41,153 bases of DNA from an uncultured Christensenellaceae bacterium (GTDB taxonomy: Bacteria > Bacillota > Clostridia > Christensenellales > Aristaeellaceae), in the NCBI GenBank assembly GCA_905236495.1, contig CAJOPV010000066.1, positions 1-41,153 of the forward strand. The letters are read 5' to 3'. The translations under genes were made by a program, and so were the position numbers. Below, one piece after another: positions 24,234 to 32,945 of this stretch; positions within the stretch are counted from its first letter, which is position 1; each line of letters starts with the position of its first letter. The notes beneath the pieces were generated by a model. That model was given only the letters and a program-made list of their open reading frames with translations. It had not been told where the DNA came from and did not search any database.

Positions 24234-26561
24234 ATGCTGAGGATCGGGGCCGCGCCGCTGCGCGCTGATTATCAACCGCTGCCGGGCATGCCGGAATGGC
24301 TGTCCCGGGTGCTGTTTCAGCGCGGCGTGGATACCGAGGACGCGGCGGATGCGTTCCTGAACCCGAGCCTTCACCAGCTTCACGATCCCCTGCTCCTCCA
24401 CGATATGCGAAAGGCTGCGGAGATCCTGGAGGAGGCAAAGGCTATGGGGCAGCGGGCCGTGATTTACGGCGATTACGACGTGGACGGGGTCTGCGCCGCC
24501 GCCATTTTGCGGGAGGCATTTTCCGCTTTCGGCATTCCTGCGGACGTGTATCTGCCGGACCGGCATCAGGAAGGCTACGGCCTGAATACGGAGGCCGTCC
24601 GCAAGCTGGCGAAGGAGCATCAGGTGCTGGTGACGGTGGACTGCGGCATCACAGGCATCGAAGAAACGGCCCTTGCCCGGGAATTGGGCATGACCGTGAT
24701 CATCACCGACCACCATCGCCACCTGGAAGCGCTGCCCGAAGCCCACGCGGTGATAACGCCATTGCTTGGGGATTATCCCTTTCCGTATCTGTGCGGGGCG
24801 GGGGTGGCGTTCAAGCTGTCCCAGGCGCTGCTGGGGCCGGAGGCCATGGGGATCATGGAGCTGGCGGCCCTGGCGACGGTGGCGGACATGGTATCCCTGA
24901 CGGGGGAAAACCGGGCGCTGGTGAAGCTGGGGCTGGAAAAATTATCCGCTACCCATCGCCCGGGGCTGAAGGCCCTGATGAACCGGGCGGGGATTTACGG
25001 ATCGGTCAGCAGCGATCAGGTAGCCTTCCAGCTGGCGCCCCGGATGAACGCCTGCGGGCGGATGGAAAGCGCTCATATCGCCCTGGAGCTGCTTTTGACC
25101 AGGGACATGGCGAGGGCCGAGGAATTGGCCTTGAAAACGGAAAGCCTGAACCAGGAGCGAAGGCGGCAGGAAACGCTGGTTTTGGAGGAGGCTCTGCGTC
25201 AGGTGGAGCAAATGGACCTGACGGAAACCAAGGCCATCGTGGTGCTGGGAGAGAAGTGGAACAGCGGGGTGGTGGGCCTGGCGGCGGGACGCATCGCCGA
25301 AAGGTACTGGTACCCCACGGTAGCCCTGGCCTGCGACGGAGACACCTGCGTCGGCAGCGCCCGCAGCGCCGGGGATATCGACATCCACAGGGCCCTGAGC
25401 CAATGCGCCGATCTCTTCGACCGTTTCGGGGGGCATAAGCAGGCCGCCGGGCTGACGATCAAAAGGGAGAAGGTATCGGAATTTACCCGGCGCCTGTCCC
25501 TCGCCGTGGAGGAGCAGACGGGCGGTACGGCCCTTGCGCCGCAGATGCTTTGCGACGGGGAAATGACCCTTCAGGACGTGACGGAGGACGCGGTCAGGTG
25601 GCTCGGCCGCCTGGAGCCCTTCGGCGTCGGCAATCCGGCCCCGCGCTTTTTATGCCAGGGTGCGGAGGCCCTGTCCCTGATCCCGGTGGGGGCGGAGGGG
25701 AAACACCTGAAATGCGCCTTTCAGCAGGGCGCGGCGGTGCGCAGCGGCATCTTTTTCGGGGCAGGGGATCAGAAGGACGCCGTCCAGGGCCCCTGCCGGA
25801 TGGTGATGACCCCGGTGCTGAACGAATTCCGGGGAAAGGTGACGGCGGAATGCCGCCTGAGCGCCCTGCAGCCCATGCCGGAGGGGATGGCTAAGGACGC
25901 CTGGCGGGAATGCCTCAGCTTCCTTTCCGAAACGCTGACAGGCTTTGCCGAGACGCCCCTTATGCAGGAAGAGGATGTGGCTTCCTGGATGGCGGGCGCC
26001 CAGGGTACGCTGCTCCTTTGCCGATGCCTGGAAACAGCGCTGAGGATGCGCAAAGCGTTTCCCGACGCGGATTTTTGCCTGGACAAGGCGCAGGATCCCC
26101 GGGCTTTCCATACGGTGCTGCTGTACGGAAACGCGGAAAGGATCAGCCCCGCTTACCGCCGGGTGGTGCTGTGCGACGGGGACCTGGGGGAAGGGGACGG
26201 TTACCGGGCGGCCTGCCCCAAGGCGGAAATCAGAGCCCTTGCCAGGAGCCTCCCCGCCGGGCAGATGCTGAAAGCCATGTTCGTGCCCGTGGACGGGCTG
26301 CGGAGGTGCTATGCGCTGCTGAAAGCGGGGCTGCCCCGGGATATGCAGGCCTGGGCGGCTCAAAGCGGATTGACGATGGCCCAGGGGGCCTTCGCCCTCA
26401 GGGTTTTGAACCAAATCGATCTCATTGATCTGCGCCTGCGTCCCTTTTTCGTGGATGTGCGGCCCATGGTGCGCCGGGGGCCGGAGGAAAGCGCGCTTTA
26501 CCGCCTGTGCCGTCAGGCGAAGGAGGAACTGGAATGGCTTATACCGCCTATGAAACCATGA
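24234..26561 (+). CDS. recJ: Single-stranded-DNA-specific exonuclease RecJ
   Basis: DHH-family motifs DYDVDGV, DCGI and ITDHHRH, a DHHA1 region and a C-terminal OB-like part. The start is trimmed from track 24189 (which begins inside the terminator) to ATG 24234, with GGAGGG at 24223-24228. Confidence 0.9.
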   Translation: MLRIGAAPLRADYQPLPGMPEWLSRVLFQRGVDTEDAADAFLNPSLHQLHDPLLLHDMRKAAEILEEAKAMGQRAVIYGDYDVDGVCAAAILREAFSAFGIPADVYLPDRHQEGYGLNTEAVRKLAKEHQVLVTVDCGITGIEETALARELGMTVIITDHHRHLEALPEAHAVITPLLGDYPFPYLCGAGVAFKLSQALLGPEAMGIMELAALATVADMVSLTGENRALVKLGLEKLSATHRPGLKALMNRAGIYGSVSSDQVAFQLAPRMNACGRMESAHIALELLLTRDMARAEELALKTESLNQERRRQETLVLEEALRQVEQMDLTETKAIVVLGEKWNSGVVGLAAGRIAERYWYPTVALACDGDTCVGSARSAGDIDIHRALSQCADLFDRFGGHKQAAGLTIKREKVSEFTRRLSLAVEEQTGGTALAPQMLCDGEMTLQDVTEDAVRWLGRLEPFGVGNPAPRFLCQGAEALSLIPVGAEGKHLKCAFQQGAAVRSGIFFGAGDQKDAVQGPCRMVMTPVLNEFRGKVTAECRLSALQPMPEGMAKDAWRECLSFLSETLTGFAETPLMQEEDVASWMAGAQGTLLLCRCLETALRMRKAFPDADFCLDKAQDPRAFHTVLLYGNAERISPAYRRVVLCDGDLGEGDGYRAACPKAEIRALARSLPAGQMLKAMFVPVDGLRRCYALLKAGLPRDMQAWAAQSGLTMAQGAFALRVLNQIDLIDLRLRPFFVDVRPMVRRGPEESALYRLCRQAKEELEWLIPPMKP

Positions 26562-28729
26562 CGCTGGATGAAATGAAATCCCGGGTGGAAAAATACACGA
26601 CGGACCCGAAAAGCGGCGAGCTCATCGCCAAAGCCTATCATTTTGCCGAGCAGGCCCACGCCGGGCAGGTGCGCAAGAACGGGGACCCGTATATCGTGCA
26701 TCCCATGACCGTCGCCAGCATCCTCACGGAGCTGATGATCGATCCGCCCACCATCGCCGCCGCCCTGCTCCACGATACGGTGGAGGACGTGGAGCGCGTA
26801 ACGGTGGATACCATCCAGCGGGAATTCGGCGAGGAAATAGCCAGGCTTGTGGATGGGGTAACGAAGCTGAGCAAGCTGGATTTTGCCGACCGGGAGGAGC
26901 AGCAGGCCGAATCCCTCCGCAAAATGATCTTAGCCATGAGCAAGGATATCCGGGTGGTGCTCATCAAGCTGGCGGATCGGCTGCACAACATGCGCACGCT
27001 GAAATTCCAGAGCGCTGAGCGCCAGGTGCCCATCGCCCGGGAAACGCTGGATATTTACGCCCCCATTGCTCACCGCCTGGGCGTGTATGCCATCAAGCAG
27101 GAACTGGAGGATCTGTCTCTTCGCTACATCGACCCGGAGGGGTATCAGGACGTGGCCCGGAAGGTGGGCATGAAGCGGGCGGAACGGGAAGAAAATATCA
27201 AGCTGGTAATCAACGAACTATCCCAGAAGCTTAACGAGGCGGGGCTGCATTACGATATCGACGGGCGGCCTAAGCATCTCTATTCCATCTACCGCAAAAT
27301 GGTGATCCAGAATAAGCCCTTCGATCAGATTTACGATCTGATCGCCATTCGGGTCATCGTGGATACCATCCCGGAATGCTACACGGTGCTGGGCATCGCC
27401 CACACGCTGTGGAACCAGGTGCCGGGCCGGTTCAAGGATTATATTTCGGTGCCCAAGGCCAACATGTATCAATCTCTGCATACCACGGTGGTTGGCGGGC
27501 GGAAGATCCCCTTTCCCTTTGAAATCCAGATCCGCACGTGGGAAATGCACCGCGTCGCCGAGTACGGCATCGCCGCCCATTGGCGCTACAAGGAGGGCGG
27601 GAACAAGGACGGCGGGCTGGATCAGAAGCTCTACTGGCTGCGGCAGATCCTGGATTGGCAGTCGGAAACCCGGGACAGCCACGAATTCATCGACAGCCTG
27701 AAAACGGATCTGTTTTCCGAGGAGGTATTCCTCTTTACGCCCAAGGGGGATATCATTTCCATGCAGCGGGGGGCCACGCCCCTGGATTTTGCCTACCGCA
27801 TTCATTCCCAGGTGGGCAACTCCTGCGTAGGGGCCCGGATCAACGGCAAAATGGTGACCCTGGACACCCAACTGGAAACGGGAGACCGGGTGGAGATCCT
27901 TACCTCCGCCGCCTCCAAGGGCCCCAGCATGGACTGGCTCAAGATCGTCAAGACCCAGCAGGCAAAGGCGAAGATCCGCCAGTTTTTCAAGCGGGAGCTG
28001 CGGGGCGAAAACGTGCAGAAGGGCCGCGAAATGCTGGAGCACGAGGCCAAGCGCCGGGGCGTGAAGCTGGGGGATTACACCAAGCCGGAGTATTACGAGC
28101 CCCTGCTTCGCAAGTACATGTTCCAGGAATTGGACGATATCTACGGCGCCATCGGCTACGGCGGCATCGCGGCGGTGTATGTGCTCTCCCGGCTCATAGA
28201 TGAAAAGCAGAAGCACGATGAGCCCCAGGCCCCCAAGGCGTTGCCTCCTGTCGGCGAAGCCCCCGTCCAGCAGCCCCAGGGAAAGCCCACCCAGGGCATT
28301 TACGTGCATGGGGAGGCGGGGATGCTGGTGCGCTTTGCCCGGTGCTGCAATCCCGTGCCCGGAGATGATATCGTGGGCTATGTGACGAGAGGCCGGGGGG
28401 TGACGGTGCACAAGGCGGACTGCGTGAACGCCCTGCATAACGAGCCGGAGCGCTCCGTGCCCGTATCCTGGGCCGACGAAGACGTGGGCACCTTCAGCGC
28501 CAATATCCATATCATCTGCTACGATCATTCCTCCCTGCTGGGCGAGCTGACCAATTACATCGAGGATCAGGGCGTGCCGCTTTCGGCGATCTCGGTCAAA
28601 ATCAACAAAAACAAGACCTGCACCATCATTACCACCCTGCAGGTTAAGAGCAGGGAGCAATTGGACGGGCTGCTGCTGAAGCTGTCCCGCCGCAGCGACG
28701 TAATCGACGCCTACCGCAGCGCCAGCTGA
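26534..28729 (+). CDS. relA: Bifunctional (p)ppGpp synthetase/hydrolase (RelA/SpoT homologue, Rel)
   Basis: HD hydrolase motifs HPMTVA and HDTVED, the synthetase motif RPKHLYSIYRKM, and TGS and ACT-like C-terminal domains. ATG 26534 has AGGAGG at 26521-26526 (7-nt spacer) and overlaps the recJ 3' end by 28 nt. Confidence 0.9.
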   Translation: MAYTAYETMTLDEMKSRVEKYTTDPKSGELIAKAYHFAEQAHAGQVRKNGDPYIVHPMTVASILTELMIDPPTIAAALLHDTVEDVERVTVDTIQREFGEEIARLVDGVTKLSKLDFADREEQQAESLRKMILAMSKDIRVVLIKLADRLHNMRTLKFQSAERQVPIARETLDIYAPIAHRLGVYAIKQELEDLSLRYIDPEGYQDVARKVGMKRAEREENIKLVINELSQKLNEAGLHYDIDGRPKHLYSIYRKMVIQNKPFDQIYDLIAIRVIVDTIPECYTVLGIAHTLWNQVPGRFKDYISVPKANMYQSLHTTVVGGRKIPFPFEIQIRTWEMHRVAEYGIAAHWRYKEGGNKDGGLDQKLYWLRQILDWQSETRDSHEFIDSLKTDLFSEEVFLFTPKGDIISMQRGATPLDFAYRIHSQVGNSCVGARINGKMVTLDTQLETGDRVEILTSAASKGPSMDWLKIVKTQQAKAKIRQFFKRELRGENVQKGREMLEHEAKRRGVKLGDYTKPEYYEPLLRKYMFQELDDIYGAIGYGGIAAVYVLSRLIDEKQKHDEPQAPKALPPVGEAPVQQPQGKPTQGIYVHGEAGMLVRFARCCNPVPGDDIVGYVTRGRGVTVHKADCVNALHNEPERSVPVSWADEDVGTFSANIHIICYDHSSLLGELTNYIEDQGVPLSAISVKINKNKTCTIITTLQVKSREQLDGLLLKLSRRSDVIDAYRSAS

Positions 28730-28817
28730 AAAATCTTCTTTATTCCCCAAAAAGCAGGATTTTTCGCAGCTTATCAAGAATTAAACTAAGTTACCTTTTT
28801 AGTATTCGGAGGAAGCC

Positions 28818-30299
28818 ATGCAGCAGCCCCCTCAGGACCAGAACAACGGTTATTCCGGCTATCAGCCCCCGGCTCAGGACGAGCAATGGGTGCAGCGGCC
28901 CCTGCCCAATCAGGGCGCTTCCGGCTATCAGATGCCGGGCCAGGTGCCGCCGCCCGCCCAGCTGTATTCCGAGCCCCCTCAGGCCCCCGCATATTATTAT
29001 CCGCCGCAGCAGCAGGAAAATCCCCAGACGCCTCAGCCCCGTCAGCAGGGGGCCCAGGCGGCGCCGCAGATCGCCTACGCACCGCCCAGCACCGGCCTGC
29101 CCCGGGCGCGGAAGCGGCAGAACAGGGGCGTTTATATCGTTCTCATCCTGGCGGTGCTGGCCTTTGCCGGCTTCGCGGTGTTCCGCATGCTGTCGCCGGG
29201 GCAGGTATCCTATGGCTACGTGCGCTCCGGCTCCATGAGCGCCCGCTACACCGGCGACGCCGTGATCGTCCGCAGCGAAACCGTCTATGCGGAGGACAGC
29301 GTATCCCAGATCGATTTCGTGGCGGAGGAAGGGGAAACCGTCACCCGGGGCAATATCATCGCCACCATTTACAAGGCGGGCTTCAACGCCAAGGAATGGA
29401 CCACGCTGCAAAACTACCGCAACCAGATCAAGGAATACCATAAGGTGCTGATCGCCGGGGCCTCCTCGGATACCCAGCTGCTGACGCTGATGACAAACGT
29501 GCGGGCCCGGGCCCTGGAGGTGCAGCAATTGGTGCACGGCGCGCAGGGCAATTTCAGCCGCCAGGAGACGCTGCTTTCCCAGGCTATGCAGGATCAGCAG
29601 ATTTACATGAAGCAAAAGTACCCGGACGATCAGAAGCTGGGCAGGCTGTATGACGATGAAAACGGGCAATTGCAGCGCATCTCCACCTGGACCAAGCAAT
29701 ACGCCGCCGCGGCGGACGGGCTGGTGAGCTTTTATACCGACGGCTTTGAGAAGGGCCTGAACATGCTGACCTACGCCGATTTTTCCCCCGCCCAGGTGCG
29801 GAATATGTACAACGGGCAGGCGCCCAGCCCCGGGGAGGCCGCCTCCCGCAGCATGACGGATATTTACCGCATGGTGCGGAAGGAGCCCTGGGCGGTGCTG
29901 ATGCTTTGCAATGAGCGGGACTGGACCCCGGTGGACGGCAGGAGCTATAAGCTTCTGATCGAAAGCTTCGATAACATCGAGGTGGAGGCCACGGTGGATT
30001 CCTTCACCCGATCCGGGGGAGAGCTGCTGGTGCGGCTGATGGTAAATAATACCGACGCGCTGCCCAATGTTTTGTACATGCGCTCCTGCCAGGTGCAGCT
30101 GGGTGAAAGCGTGAATACGCTGCTGGTGCCCTCCCGGGCCATCTTCATCCAGAACGGACGAAAGGGCGTCGTCATGGCGACGGAGGGCGGCGAATACTGG
30201 ACGGGGGTGGAAGTCGTCAGCGACGACGGCACCTCCGCCTACGTGATCCCCGATAACGCCGGGGTGCTCTACGACGGAGTGCCGGTGCGCCTGTTCTAA
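28818..30299 (+). CDS. Single-pass membrane protein with HlyD/membrane-fusion-protein-like ectodomain and Gln/Pro/Tyr-rich N-terminal tail
   Basis: 493 aa. About 100 aa of Q/P/Y-rich low complexity come first, then a TM (VYIVLILAVLAFAGFAVF). A lipoyl-like hairpin (VAEEGETVTRGNIIATIY), a long coiled-coil-like stretch and a beta-rich C-terminus (LLVPSRAIFIQNGRKGVVM) follow. The family call is made by eye only. Confidence 0.5.
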   Translation: MQQPPQDQNNGYSGYQPPAQDEQWVQRPLPNQGASGYQMPGQVPPPAQLYSEPPQAPAYYYPPQQQENPQTPQPRQQGAQAAPQIAYAPPSTGLPRARKRQNRGVYIVLILAVLAFAGFAVFRMLSPGQVSYGYVRSGSMSARYTGDAVIVRSETVYAEDSVSQIDFVAEEGETVTRGNIIATIYKAGFNAKEWTTLQNYRNQIKEYHKVLIAGASSDTQLLTLMTNVRARALEVQQLVHGAQGNFSRQETLLSQAMQDQQIYMKQKYPDDQKLGRLYDDENGQLQRISTWTKQYAAAADGLVSFYTDGFEKGLNMLTYADFSPAQVRNMYNGQAPSPGEAASRSMTDIYRMVRKEPWAVLMLCNERDWTPVDGRSYKLLIESFDNIEVEATVDSFTRSGGELLVRLMVNNTDALPNVLYMRSCQVQLGESVNTLLVPSRAIFIQNGRKGVVMATEGGEYWTGVEVVSDDGTSAYVIPDNAGVLYDGVPVRLF

Positions 30300-30321
30300 A
30301 GCTTTTGAGTGAGGATAAGCC

Positions 30322-30987
30322 ATGCTTGCAGAAAGAATCGCCGCCATCCGGGAAACACTGGACAGGGAAAGCGCCCCCTGGGGACGCGCTCCCCGGCTGA
30401 TCGCCGTTACCAAATATTCCACGGTGGAGGAAATTTTGCCCCTCAAGGACCTGGGCGTTACCGAAATCGGCGAAAACCGGGTGCAGGCCCTGCGGGAGAA
30501 AATACCATATCTTGGGGAAAATTTTTCGATTCACCTCATCGGACGGTTGCAAACGAACAAAGTTAAATATATAATAAAAGATGTATGCATGATTCACTCC
30601 CTGGACAGCATTCCCCTGGCGAAGGAGATCGACCGGCAGGCGGGAAAGGCCAACCGGCGGATGCCGGTGCTGGCGGAGGTCAACATTGCCAGGGAGCCCC
30701 AGAAGGGCGGAATCGCGGAGGAAGATTTATTTCCCTTCCTGCGGGAATGCGCCCGGATGGAGGGCATGGAGCTGAAGGGCCTCATGGCGATCATGCCCCT
30801 GGGAGCCCCAAGGGAAGAATTGACCGATTATTTTACCCGGATGCGGAAGCTGCTGGATCGGTGCCGGGAGGAAGCCATCCCGGGAACGGACATGACGGAG
30901 CTTTCCATGGGCATGTCCCAGGATTATGATTTGGCTGCCCGCTGCGGCGCCACCATGGTGCGGGTGGGATCGGCAATATTTCGGTGA
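30322..30987 (+). CDS. yggS: YggS/YlmE family pyridoxal-phosphate homeostasis protein
   Basis: 221 aa with a PLP-Lys context LIAVTKY, HLIGRLQTNKVKY, the end motifs ELSMGMSQDY and VRVGSAIF. It lies at the head of the sepF-yggT-divIVA cluster. Confidence 0.85.
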   Translation: MLAERIAAIRETLDRESAPWGRAPRLIAVTKYSTVEEILPLKDLGVTEIGENRVQALREKIPYLGENFSIHLIGRLQTNKVKYIIKDVCMIHSLDSIPLAKEIDRQAGKANRRMPVLAEVNIAREPQKGGIAEEDLFPFLRECARMEGMELKGLMAIMPLGAPREELTDYFTRMRKLLDRCREEAIPGTDMTELSMGMSQDYDLAARCGATMVRVGSAIFR

Positions 30988-31005
30988 AGGACGGAGGATA
31001 CAGGC

Positions 31006-31971
31006 ATGGCGGTGAACGCGCTGTTCGAAAATCTGCGGAACAAGGTAAAATCCGTATATAATAATTTCTTTTTTGACGGGGAGGAGGAGCGTCTCCCTTC
31101 CGCCCCCGCCTACGAGCCGCCCATGGAGTACGCTGCCCAGCAGCCTGCCCAGCAGCCGTATCAGGCTCAGTATCAGCAGCCGCAGTATCAGGCGGCATAC
31201 AGCCAGCCCGCCCCGGCTTATCAGGCCCCGGCCCAGCCTCAGCAGGTGGTGTATCAGCAGCCCGCTCCCCAACAGCAGCAGCCGACGGAGCAGCCCGCGG
31301 CTCAGCAGCCCCGGAACCGCCGGATGTGGGCCCATCAGAATCAGGATAACGTGGTGGATTTCAACGCTTACCAGGCCGCCCAGGGCCAGACCCCGGAGCA
31401 GCCCGCCCCCGAGGCGCAGCCAAACGGCGCCCTTCATTCCGCCCGGATCATCAACGCCCGGGGCATGGGGGACTGCCGCAGCGCCATTACCCTGCTTCGC
31501 AACGGCGACGCCGTATTGATCGTGCTGGAAAACGTGGGGGACCCGGCGGAAATGCGCCGCCTGGTGGATACCCTGAGCGGCGCCTGCTATTCCCTTACCG
31601 CCACCATTACCAAGGTTTCCCGCTACGGCGTATATCTGCTGGCGCCCCAGAGCATGGCGGTCTATGCGGATCAGACCACCAATCAGATGAACGGCGCACC
31701 GGCCCGGCAGCCCCAGCCGCGGGCGTATCAGCAAGCAGGCTATGCTCCCCAGCAGCAATCGGCCCCAGGCATCGGCTATCAGCAGCAGCAAACCCCCTTT
31801 ATGCCGCCTGCCCAGCAGCAGCGCTTCGCGCCCCGCACCGCCGTACCTCAGGAGCCCATACAGCCCTTCTATTCCCGCCCCGCTCCCCAGGCCGCCGCGT
31901 CCCCTGCCTTTGCCGCCCAGCCTGCGGGTTACGGATATGCCCCGGATGAAACAGCCGCCCTGGAGCAGTAA
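31006..31971 (+). CDS. sepF: Cell division protein SepF (long Q/P-rich linker and extra C-terminal tail)
   Basis: N-terminal amphipathic MAVNALFENLRNKVKSVY and a conserved SepF core ARIINARGMGDCRSAITLLRNGDAVLIVLENVGDPAEMRRLVDTLSGACYSLTATITKVSRYGVYLLAP. The synteny is yggS-sepF-yggT-divIVA. Confidence 0.8.
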   Translation: MAVNALFENLRNKVKSVYNNFFFDGEEERLPSAPAYEPPMEYAAQQPAQQPYQAQYQQPQYQAAYSQPAPAYQAPAQPQQVVYQQPAPQQQQPTEQPAAQQPRNRRMWAHQNQDNVVDFNAYQAAQGQTPEQPAPEAQPNGALHSARIINARGMGDCRSAITLLRNGDAVLIVLENVGDPAEMRRLVDTLSGACYSLTATITKVSRYGVYLLAPQSMAVYADQTTNQMNGAPARQPQPRAYQQAGYAPQQQSAPGIGYQQQQTPFMPPAQQQRFAPRTAVPQEPIQPFYSRPAPQAAASPAFAAQPAGYGYAPDETAALEQ

Positions 31972-32008
31972 AAAGCTTCCCGCGGCCCGATGAAAGGAGA
32001 AATGATCC

Positions 32009-32272
32009 ATGTCTTTCCTGATCCATACGCTGCGCTCTCTGCTTGGCCTGTACGCGATTTTGCAGCTCGTGCATTTCGCCCTGCCCTACGTCACCGATAC
32101 CCAGCGGCCCTGGATGGCTACGCTGACGAAGATCTGCGAGCCGGGCATCAAGATCGGCAACAACGTAGCCGCCAAGATCCTGCCCGACCGGCAGTATAAA
32201 ATCGACATCGGCCCCCTGGCCTGCGTGATCCTGTGCTGGATCGCCAGGATGATCCTGAACTTCTTTGCCTGA
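32009..32272 (+). CDS. yggT: YggT/YlmG family membrane protein
   Basis: 87 aa with two hydrophobic helices. Its position between sepF and divIVA supports the call. Confidence 0.75.
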   Translation: MSFLIHTLRSLLGLYAILQLVHFALPYVTDTQRPWMATLTKICEPGIKIGNNVAAKILPDRQYKIDIGPLACVILCWIARMILNFFA

Positions 32273-32307
32273 AAAAACCATTGAACCCGAGAGAGGAGAA
32301 AAGAACC

Positions 32308-32877
32308 ATGGCGATCACAGTTGCGATGATTGAGGAAAAAGAATTCAAAACCAAAATGCGGGGCTACGATCCCGTTGAGGTGGATGAATTCCTGGACGAA
32401 ATCTGCGATGAAATGGTAGCGATGCAGGAGGAGATTGCCAGCCTCAGTCAGCGGCTGAGCCAGGCTCAAAGCGGCAGGAACGCCGTTTATACCCCCACTT
32501 CCGTGCCCGCGCCCAGCGCCGTGCCTACCCCCATCCCCGCGCCCCTGAAGGTTGAAAAGCCTGTGGAAGCGCCGGTGGAAAAGAAGGCGGAAAAGGCGGC
32601 TGAGGATGTGAGCGAAGGCGCGCAGAAGCTGCTGGCCCGGGCCCAGAAGATGTATGACGATACGGTAGCCGAGGCCAAGGAAGAGGCCGAAAAGATCCTG
32701 GCGGAAGCCAAGGAAAAGGCGGATGAATCCATCGGCGCCCTGGCGGATGAAAAGGAAGCGCTGGAAGGCGAAGTGGAAATGCTGCGCGCCTCCGCCCGGG
32801 ATTATCGGGAACGGTTCCTGCGCCTTATCGAGGATCAGCAGCACGTGCTGAAGGCGGAAAAGGAACTGTTTGAATAA
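32308..32877 (+). CDS. divIVA: DivIVA domain-containing cell division protein
   Basis: The start is trimmed from track 32233 to ATG 32308 (GAGGAG at 32293-32298). The N-terminus IEEKEFKTKMRGYDPVEVDEFLDEI is the DivIVA signature. A coiled-coil remainder follows. Confidence 0.85.
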   Translation: MAITVAMIEEKEFKTKMRGYDPVEVDEFLDEICDEMVAMQEEIASLSQRLSQAQSGRNAVYTPTSVPAPSAVPTPIPAPLKVEKPVEAPVEKKAEKAAEDVSEGAQKLLARAQKMYDDTVAEAKEEAEKILAEAKEKADESIGALADEKEALEGEVEMLRASARDYRERFLRLIEDQQHVLKAEKELFE

Positions 32878-32892
32878 CGAAGGGCTTTCCTG

Positions 32893-32924
32893 TGTCCGAT
32901 GCCGTGGGTATCGGACATTTTTTC
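32893..32924 (+). terminator. Rho-independent terminator after divIVA
   Basis: 8-bp stem TGTCCGAT (32893-32900) / ATCGGACA (32910-32917), followed by TTTTTTC. The track's GTG start for the next ORF (32892) lies inside this hairpin. Confidence 0.7.
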
Positions 32925-32945
32925 GTGAGGAAAGGGGACGGGAGC

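Noticed and set aside
22410-24746. 778-aa minus-strand ORF
   Set aside because: It is antisense to three well-supported plus-strand genes (GT2, SecD-like, recJ) and even spans a terminator and a promoter. Its composition is Gly/Arg/His/Pro-rich, so it is an artefact.
28730-28817. Promoter or terminator between relA and the MFP-like gene
   Set aside because: There is only a weak A/T stem (AAAAATC/GATTTTT with a 22-nt loop). The TAGTAT hexamer sits too close to the RBS to serve as a -10. The region is left unannotated.
28791-30446. 551-aa minus-strand ORF; similar long antisense ORFs occur at 27218-28777, 30727-32010, 14664-16094, 17583-19016, 20441-21760, 37317-38510 (minus) and 38950-40194, 16162-16941, 279-1070 (plus)
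   Set aside because: All lie opposite genes with clear family motifs. They have Arg/Gly/Pro/His-rich composition and lack RBSs. Open antisense frames like these are expected in GC-rich DNA.
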